A DNA stretch of 64,000 nt from the NCBI GenBank assembly GCA_963741945.1, contig CAVUKA010000003.1, positions 288,001-352,000 of the forward strand. Direction: 5' to 3'. The notes beneath the pieces were generated by a model. The model did not search any database and had not been told where the DNA came from. It saw only the letters and a list, made by a program, of their open reading frames with translations. This DNA is from an uncultured Gemmatimonadales bacterium. GTDB taxonomy: Bacteria; Gemmatimonadota; Gemmatimonadetes; Longimicrobiales; RSA9. Below are positions 58,210-64,000 of the stretch, one piece after another; the first letter of the stretch is position 1, and every line of letters starts with the position of its first letter. A program made the translations under genes and the position numbers.

Positions 58210-59336
58210 GAAAGGCCGTGGTGACAGGCGCAGGTGGATTCATCGGGCGAGCCACGACGGCGCGCCTGCTCCGGGACGGCTGGGGCGTGACGGCACTCGA
58301 CCTGCCGGGCCGCCACGGCGCCGTCCCCCCTGGGGCGGAACGCATGGAAGCCGACATCCGGGACCGGGACGCCCTCCGTGCGGCGTTCCGGGAGGCGGAC
58401 GTGGTCTTCCACACGGCCGCTCTGTTCGACCTCCTCGCGCCATGGGCGGCGCTGCAGGAAGTCAACGTGGAAGGCGTTCGCCGCGTGTGCGCGGCGGCCC
58501 GCGGCGCCGGTGTGGGGCGGGTGATCTGCTGGGGGAGCAGCAGCGTCTACGGCGTGGCCGACGATCCGGTCTCGTTCCGGGAGGATCGACCGATCGACCT
58601 GGGCCCGCTCAACGCATACGCCCGCAGCAAGCACCTGGGTGAGCTCGCCGCGCTCGGGGCGGCGGAAGAGGGTGGAGTGGAAGTGGTGGTGGTCCGGCCG
58701 GCCGACGTGTATGGCCCGGGCGCCGTCCAGGGGCTGGGCCAGGCGCTATGGGCGTTCAAGGTGGGACTCATGGGCGCCGTCCCCGGACCCGGAACCTCGG
58801 TGCACTCCCACGTCCACGTGGACGACGTGGCGGGCGCCGCCGTCCACCTCGCGCAGCACGGTCGCAACGGCGCCATCTACAACATCGCGGACCGTCGGCC
58901 CATGGCGGTGGCCGACCTGTATGCCCTCGCCCGTCGGACTCTCGGCGCCATTTCGCTCCGCGACGGCCGGATCAGCCTCCCCGCACGGCCGCGCTATCGA
59001 GGCAGGCCGATCTTCCACGTTCCCGCCGTCGTGCTCCGTGCGTTCGCGAAAGCAGAGGTGGCGCGGACGCGCCATGGCTGGCTGAGCGGGAAGCTGGGGC
59101 CGCGACCGCTGGCGACGCCGGAAGGGGTGGACCTTCTCCTCGGCCACCACATCGTGGATCCCGAGCGCCTGCTGGAGACGGGCTACCAACCGGAGTGGCC
59201 GGATGTGCGCGAAGGTGTCGTAGCCCTGGTGGAAAGCTACCGCGCCACGGGGTGGGCGGCGTTCCACGAGGAGCCGCCGCACGTGGAAGCGCGCTCGGCC
59301 GGGTCGGGGCGGACGGTCGCCGCGGAAGCGGCCTGA
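58206..59336 (+). CDS. NAD-dependent epimerase/dehydratase (3-beta-HSD-like extended SDR)
   Basis: TGAGGFIG, HTAA, YARSK, RP..VYGPG, HVDDVA. Confidence 0.92.
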   Translation: MRKAVVTGAGGFIGRATTARLLRDGWGVTALDLPGRHGAVPPGAERMEADIRDRDALRAAFREADVVFHTAALFDLLAPWAALQEVNVEGVRRVCAAARGAGVGRVICWGSSSVYGVADDPVSFREDRPIDLGPLNAYARSKHLGELAALGAAEEGGVEVVVVRPADVYGPGAVQGLGQALWAFKVGLMGAVPGPGTSVHSHVHVDDVAGAAVHLAQHGRNGAIYNIADRRPMAVADLYALARRTLGAISLRDGRISLPARPRYRGRPIFHVPAVVLRAFAKAEVARTRHGWLSGKLGPRPLATPEGVDLLLGHHIVDPERLLETGYQPEWPDVREGVVALVESYRATGWAAFHEEPPHVEARSAGSGRTVAAEAA

Positions 59337-59409
59337 CCATCGCCGCGGAAGCGGCCTGACCATCGGCGCGGAAGCGGCCTGACCGGCGCCGCGGAAGCGG
59401 CCTGACCGG
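59318..59409. repeat. 4 x 23-bp tandem repeat containing the SDR stop codon
   Basis: CGCCGCGGAAGCGGCCTGACC(AT/GG) at 59318, 59341, 59364, 59387. Confidence 0.95.
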
Positions 59410-59532
59410 CCGCTCGGGCGGGGGCGGCGGACCGCTCCATCGGTCGGATACGGGCCGAGCGGAGGGCAATGCCGCGCCGTCCTGCGACATGAGGATCTTG
59501 ACGACACCCCCCCGCATGGCGCATTCTGGCCC

Positions 59533-60270
59533 GTGTCTCTCCCCGCCAACTCCATCATTTGGATGACGCACATCAGCACCAAGGCGACGGCTGAAGCCCT
59601 GCTCCGCGAGCTCCCTTCCGTGCTCGGGGCGTACGTCAACGAAGACATGGAAGGGCGGCCCCGGGAGGTCCATCTTCTGGTGCGGCACGGTCCCGACGCC
59701 GCGCGGCTGGCCGGGGACATCCACGATCTGCTGGAAGAGCGCCTCGGCATGCCGATCGACAAGCGCGTGATCAGCATCGCCCAGCTCGCGCGCGACCCCG
59801 ACTGGTCGGAACCCGAAGTCGAGGAGACGCTCGAGCCCGCGGTCCGGGCCGTGGGGCCCGTTCCGGAGGCGAGGCCCGTCTTTGCCGGGCTGGAGTCGAG
59901 CGTGGGCGGTGGTCACGTGACCGTGGCCGTGCGGCTGGAGTGGAAGGGCGAGCTGGCGGAGGGGACGGCCGAGTCGGTGGATACGCCGCAGGGTCGGGCC
60001 CGCGCCTCAGCCACGGCCATGCTCCGGGCGGCGGCCCGTGCGGTCCGGCGCGAGGAATACAACCTCGAGCTGGACTTCGCCTCGATCGTGCAGGCGCTGG
60101 ACGGTGAGTACGTGCTCGTGAGCGTGCTGGGGATGTCGCGCCAGATCGGACGTCGCCCGCTGCCCCTCGTGGGGGCGCACCCGGTGGAGAGCGACGTGGA
60201 GTCCGCCGCGGCGCTGGCGTCGCTGAAGGCGATCAACCGCACGCTGACGCTGGCGCTCCAGGCTTCCTGA
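59533..60270 (+). CDS. hypothetical protein, C-terminus reminiscent of the LeuA allosteric domain
   Basis: EVHLL..IDKRVISIAQL; C-terminal DVESAAALASLKAINR; TTGACG-N18-CATTCT just upstream. Confidence 0.8.
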   Translation: MSLPANSIIWMTHISTKATAEALLRELPSVLGAYVNEDMEGRPREVHLLVRHGPDAARLAGDIHDLLEERLGMPIDKRVISIAQLARDPDWSEPEVEETLEPAVRAVGPVPEARPVFAGLESSVGGGHVTVAVRLEWKGELAEGTAESVDTPQGRARASATAMLRAAARAVRREEYNLELDFASIVQALDGEYVLVSVLGMSRQIGRRPLPLVGAHPVESDVESAAALASLKAINRTLTLALQAS

Positions 60271-60283
60271 CGTTCGTCCCGGC

Positions 60284-60874
60284 TCAGCCGGGGACCAGCA
60301 GCGGACTCAGGGCGAAGTAGGTCCTGGGGATGTCCAGCCGCGCCACCAGCCGGCGCCGGGCGAGCGACTCCAGCGCCGCCGCGGCCTCGGCTTCCCGCGC
60401 CGACATCGCTGCCGCCACTTCCGCGGCACCGCCTCTCGTAATGCGTTCGAGCCCCTCCCACGCCGCCTGTTCGCCGTCGCTGACGCTCCCGAGCAGCGTG
60501 ATCTCGCCGCTCCCGAGCTGGGCCGTGATGGCCAGTCCCTGCCGCCCCAGCACGGACTCGATGGTTTCCCGGTGGCGGTCGTCGATGCCGCGGGCCAGGA
60601 AGTAGGCCTCCGCCGGCCTGTCTTCCCGCTGGAAGCGCTGGATCAGCTTGGCCACGGTCTCGTCCGCGCAGCTGTAATCCAGGACCACCACTTCGCTGAA
60701 GTCGAGCACGGTCAGGCAGAGCGCGCCGATCTCCGAGATCTGCGCCTCGATCCCCAGGCGCAGTGCCTGCCCCGTGGGCCGGGTCACCAGGTGCGAGTAG
60801 AGCGTGGCCACGGACTTCCGCACGAGGGCGGAAAGGTCGAACCGGAGCGGAACGACGTTGCCCAGGTCGCTCAC
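60284..60874 (-). CDS. STAS-like (DUF4325-like) domain + winged-helix protein
   Basis: TRPTGQALR...LDFSEVVVLDYSCADE; C-terminal AAEVAAAM...LESLARRRLV. Confidence 0.75.
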   Translation of the reverse strand: MSDLGNVVPLRFDLSALVRKSVATLYSHLVTRPTGQALRLGIEAQISEIGALCLTVLDFSEVVVLDYSCADETVAKLIQRFQREDRPAEAYFLARGIDDRHRETIESVLGRQGLAITAQLGSGEITLLGSVSDGEQAAWEGLERITRGGAAEVAAAMSAREAEAAAALESLARRRLVARLDIPRTYFALSPLLVPG

Positions 60875-61797
60875 CGGGCGATCCCCGTCCCCGGCGCCTG
60901 CTCCATCGCCGGCTCCATCACGCGCGACGGCAGGACGATGCTGATCTGCGTGCCGGGGAATGGCGCCAGGTCCGTCTCCAGCGGTGGCGAGTCGTCCCAG
61001 GCCGGGACATCGGCGATCCTCGCCGTCCCGCTGCGAATGGCGATGCGCCCATTCCACCGCCCCACCTGCTTCCGGATCTGCTGCAGCCCCTGCCCGCGCC
61101 CGGGGTCGTGGAACCGCGTGAGGCCATGGATGAACGCAGCCTCCAGGGCGGAGGCGTCACTCCAGCGCTCGCCGTAGCGGGCCGCATGCTCGCTGCCGAG
61201 GGAGCCGTAGAAGCCGACGCCGAGGTCCACGACCGCGATGAACACCACTTTCCGGCCGAGCCGCTTCGCCCAGTTGTACGTCTGCGTCGCGACCCAGCCT
61301 CCAGCCTCCGCGTGGTCGATGATGTTCTGGCAGACCTCGCTCAGCATGACACTGAACTGGAACGCCTCCTTCAAGGGGTAGTTGAGCTGCCGCGTGAGGA
61401 TGGCCAGGGCGCGCTCGTTCACGCGGTCGACGATCCGGTGCACATCCATGTGCGAGCGCACGGGGGTGATCTCCAGGAGCACATCCGAGCTCCCGGCCGG
61501 AGGTCGACGGCCCGGGCCATGGACCGCGAAAACCTCTTCCGCATGGGGGAAGAAGCCCATGCGGCCAAGATAGCTGATGACCTCCTGCGACTCCGGGAGC
61601 TGGAGCCGCGGACGCTCGGCCTCGCGCCCGGCCACCTCGCCGAGGGCAAGCAGCCCCAGCATGCCGTACGGGTCCACCCAGCGCAGGCGACGGGCGTCCA
61701 CCAGCACGCGCGCGCCTTCCTCAACCCCCCGGAGATCCTCCACGACCGCCTCGAACGTGCGGTCATCCAGCGTTGCCGGCAGGGTGATGACGTTCAC
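60871..61797 (-). CDS. STAS-like + HATPase_c (GHKL) protein
   Basis: VDARRLRWVDPYG...SYLGRMGF; EVCQNIIDHA (N box), DLGVG (G1), GRGQGL (G2). Confidence 0.85.
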   Translation of the reverse strand: MNVITLPATLDDRTFEAVVEDLRGVEEGARVLVDARRLRWVDPYGMLGLLALGEVAGREAERPRLQLPESQEVISYLGRMGFFPHAEEVFAVHGPGRRPPAGSSDVLLEITPVRSHMDVHRIVDRVNERALAILTRQLNYPLKEAFQFSVMLSEVCQNIIDHAEAGGWVATQTYNWAKRLGRKVVFIAVVDLGVGFYGSLGSEHAARYGERWSDASALEAAFIHGLTRFHDPGRGQGLQQIRKQVGRWNGRIAIRSGTARIADVPAWDDSPPLETDLAPFPGTQISIVLPSRVMEPAMEQAPGTGIAR

Positions 61798-62696
61798 AGC
61801 TCGCCCCTCAGGTGCGCGTGCAGGCCATCGGCGCCACGATGCCGGAGGTTGCGGGCGGCCGCGCGGTTCGCCCGCCGCGCCGCGTCCTCCACCGACGCCC
61901 CCGTGGTCAGCGCCACGAAGCAGGTGCCGCCCCACACGTCGCCGCATCCGGTCGGATCCCCCCGGGTCCCGCCCGCAGCCGCCGGGATGACGGTCGTGCG
62001 GACCGATTCCCCGTCCGGGCGGCGGACCTCCGCCCCGCGCGCGCCGCGCGTCACGAGGATGGCCCGCAGCCCGTCGCGCCAGGCGCTTTCGCCGAGGCTG
62101 GCCGGGTCATCGTCGCCGGCGACGAGCGCCAGCTCCTGCTCGTTCATCTGGACAAAATCGAACGCGCGCAGCCACCGGTCGCGGTCGGGGAGCCGGCGAG
62201 GCACGCGGTGGCCGCCGGTGCCCAGCCCGAGGAGGAGTGAGTGCAGGTCGGCATAGAGGAGTCCGTGGAAGCCGGCGCGGAGTTGCTCGGCCGTGTCGAG
62301 GGCCAGCTCGAACCCGGACACGAGATTGACGAAGAGCGCGTCCACGCCCCCCAGCCGGGGCGCCAGCTCCTCCCACCCCCATGGCGGCACGCCGCCCGTC
62401 AGACACTCGTGCCTGTGCTCCGTGTCGTGGTATCGCAGATGGACGCGGTTGTTCGGCTCCGCCGTCTCCACGACGCCGCCCGGCCACTCCAGCCCCGGTA
62501 ACGCCTGGAGGAAGGTGCGGGCCTGGTCAACGAAGTCGTTGCCCACCTTGATGATGGGGCGGATGGACCACCCGGTCGGAAGGGAGGCGGCGGCCGCGGC
62601 CAGGGAGTACGATATCCCGCCCCACCGCTCCACCTGGTCGCCTGCGGGGTGGTCGATGAGGTCCCACACCATCGTGCCGAGGATCGCGAGGCGCAT
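61794..62696 (-). CDS. PfkB-family carbohydrate kinase
   Basis: GG..Y, QMNEQE, VTRGARG, DPTGCGD.WGG. Confidence 0.88.
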   Translation of the reverse strand: MRLAILGTMVWDLIDHPAGDQVERWGGISYSLAAAAASLPTGWSIRPIIKVGNDFVDQARTFLQALPGLEWPGGVVETAEPNNRVHLRYHDTEHRHECLTGGVPPWGWEELAPRLGGVDALFVNLVSGFELALDTAEQLRAGFHGLLYADLHSLLLGLGTGGHRVPRRLPDRDRWLRAFDFVQMNEQELALVAGDDDPASLGESAWRDGLRAILVTRGARGAEVRRPDGESVRTTVIPAAAGGTRGDPTGCGDVWGGTCFVALTTGASVEDAARRANRAAARNLRHRGADGLHAHLRGEL

Positions 62697-62710
62697 GGGG
62701 GGCAGCCGGC

Positions 62711-63718
62711 TCAGACGGCGCCCAGGACTTCGTTCTTGAACATGGCCACTGCGCCAATCACGCCCGCGGTCCCCATGAGCATGGCCGGCACGATGGTACA
62801 CGCCTCCTGGGCGCTCTTGAACGCCCGGCGCCGGACCTCGGCGCGCAGCGGGACGAAGAGCGTGTCTCCCGCCTTGGTGACGCCCCCGGAGATGACCACC
62901 ATCTCCGGGTTCAGGATGTTGATGATGTTGGCCACGCCCGTGCCGAGGAACTTGGCCGTCTCCTTCATCACCTCGTTGGCGTAGGCATCGCCCAGGACCA
63001 CGCCCTCGTAGACCGTGGCGGCCGTGATCTCCTCCAGGCGCCCGTTCACCAGGTCGGGCAGCACCGTCTCCGCGCCGGACTCGATCCCCTCGATGGCGCG
63101 CAGCGCAATGGCCGGCCCGGACGCGTACGCTTCCAGGCAGCCGTAGTTGCCGCATTTGCACTTGCGCCCGGTGGAATCGATGGTCATGTGCCCGATCTCG
63201 CCGGCCGCATCGCTGATGCCGTGGAAGATCTGACCGTTCAGCACGATGCCGCCGCCGATGCCGGTGCCCAGGGTCAGCCCGATCAGGTTGTCCACGTCCT
63301 TCCCCGCCCCGAGCCACCATTCGCCGTACGTTGCGCAGTTGGCGTCGTTGTCCAGCGCGGCCGGCAGGCCGAGGGCATTGGCCAGGAGATCACGCAACGG
63401 GAAGTTCCGCCAGCCCAGGTTCGGCGTGTTGATGATGGTGCCGGTGCTCCGGTCCAGCGGGCCGGGCGACCCGATCCCGACGCCAGCCACCTGGTCCCGG
63501 GTGCCTCCGCCGGAGAGGACCACTTCACGGATCGACTCCTCCACCATGAAGAGGATCCGGTCCACCACGAATTTCGCCCCCTTCACGGCCTCCGTCTTCA
63601 TCGCGCGCAGCCCGAGGACCTCGCCGTTGCCACCGTTGAGGGGCAGGATTCCAACGACGATGTTCGTGCCGCCCAGGTCGACGCCCACGATCCAGCGGTG
63701 ATCCGATACGCCAATCAT
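62711..63718 (-). CDS. ROK-family sugar kinase (glucokinase-like)
   Basis: DLGGT, GIGSPG, NDAN, GTGIGGG, EIGH, CKCG..GCLE. Confidence 0.95.
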   Translation of the reverse strand: MIGVSDHRWIVGVDLGGTNIVVGILPLNGGNGEVLGLRAMKTEAVKGAKFVVDRILFMVEESIREVVLSGGGTRDQVAGVGIGSPGPLDRSTGTIINTPNLGWRNFPLRDLLANALGLPAALDNDANCATYGEWWLGAGKDVDNLIGLTLGTGIGGGIVLNGQIFHGISDAAGEIGHMTIDSTGRKCKCGNYGCLEAYASGPAIALRAIEGIESGAETVLPDLVNGRLEEITAATVYEGVVLGDAYANEVMKETAKFLGTGVANIINILNPEMVVISGGVTKAGDTLFVPLRAEVRRRAFKSAQEACTIVPAMLMGTAGVIGAVAMFKNEVLGAV

Positions 63719-64000
63719 ATGGTCCTTTTCGTCTGCGACAACGATCCTTCCGCGACCCCGGAGCCGCGCTCGTCCGTTGCCGGGGGATCGAGGACGGTCA
63801 CGCGGCCCTCCCGGGCATACCGCTCCACCGCCAGGCGCTCGAGGTCGAACGGGTGCCGCTTCCAGCCGCTGAACGCGAATCCGGCCATTGCGATCTCGGC
63901 CTCCGGGCGCGTGCGAAGATAGTGCTCGAGAACCAGAAAGCCCGTGCTCGGGGCGCGCGGGCGAACGCGCGGCTCCCCCAGCTCCAGCAGCATCCGCAGG
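63715..64000 (-). CDS. 3' part of a protein with sialylmotif-like (GT29-like) signatures
   Basis: PSTGF...AGF...H...E; frame stays open to the window edge. Confidence 0.55.
   Translation of the reverse strand, partial: LRMLLELGEPRVRPRAPSTGFLVLEHYLRTRPEAEIAMAGFAFSGWKRHPFDLERLAVERYAREGRVTVLDPPATDERGSGVAEGSLSQTKRTI

Noticed and set aside
59318-59409. Mini CRISPR
   Set aside because: The 23-bp units are contiguous, with no spacers.

Overview
High-GC (roughly 70%) bacterial chromosome segment. Gene content and order suggest Gemmatimonadota (Longimicrobiales-like); this is an inference, not a search result. Most of the window is housekeeping genes on the minus strand: pth-rplY-prs, ispE, pdxJ, hflX, rarA, a CCA-type nucleotidyltransferase, gmhA, alaS, recA, ltaE, sodA, glpK, maf, dtd, glmS, glmM, mrp, pruA, ypdA and ROK/PfkB kinases. 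Plus-strand blocks are a cystathionine lyase, an M48 protease, purD-mutM-cho-like, and an ECF sigma/anti-sigma envelope-stress operon. An ~8.7 kb decaying accessory region lies between tRNA-Gln(TTG) and prs. It holds a DUF433/PIN toxin-antitoxin pair, a VWA operon, a frameshifted HP0729-like gene, an MFS transporter, a response regulator and gene remnants. The most notable signals are mostly regulatory or non-coding: (1) a shared CCGAACAAAnnCCGAA direct-repeat box in the promoters of recA and the Cho-like nuclease, a candidate lineage SOS operator; (2) a PafBC/RecA-NDp-like TGTCAC-N10-TAnnnT promoter before the VWA operon; (3) an inverted-repeat-bounded, gene-less element with ~73-bp tandem repeats between recA and alaS; (4) an ATA start codon for hflX; (5) twin SigW-type promoters; (6) a sigma54 promoter for sodA; (7) a STAS-HATPase / STAS-wHTH gene pair that may be an uncharacterised partner-switch regulator. 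No CRISPR array, rRNA, integrase or transposase was seen.
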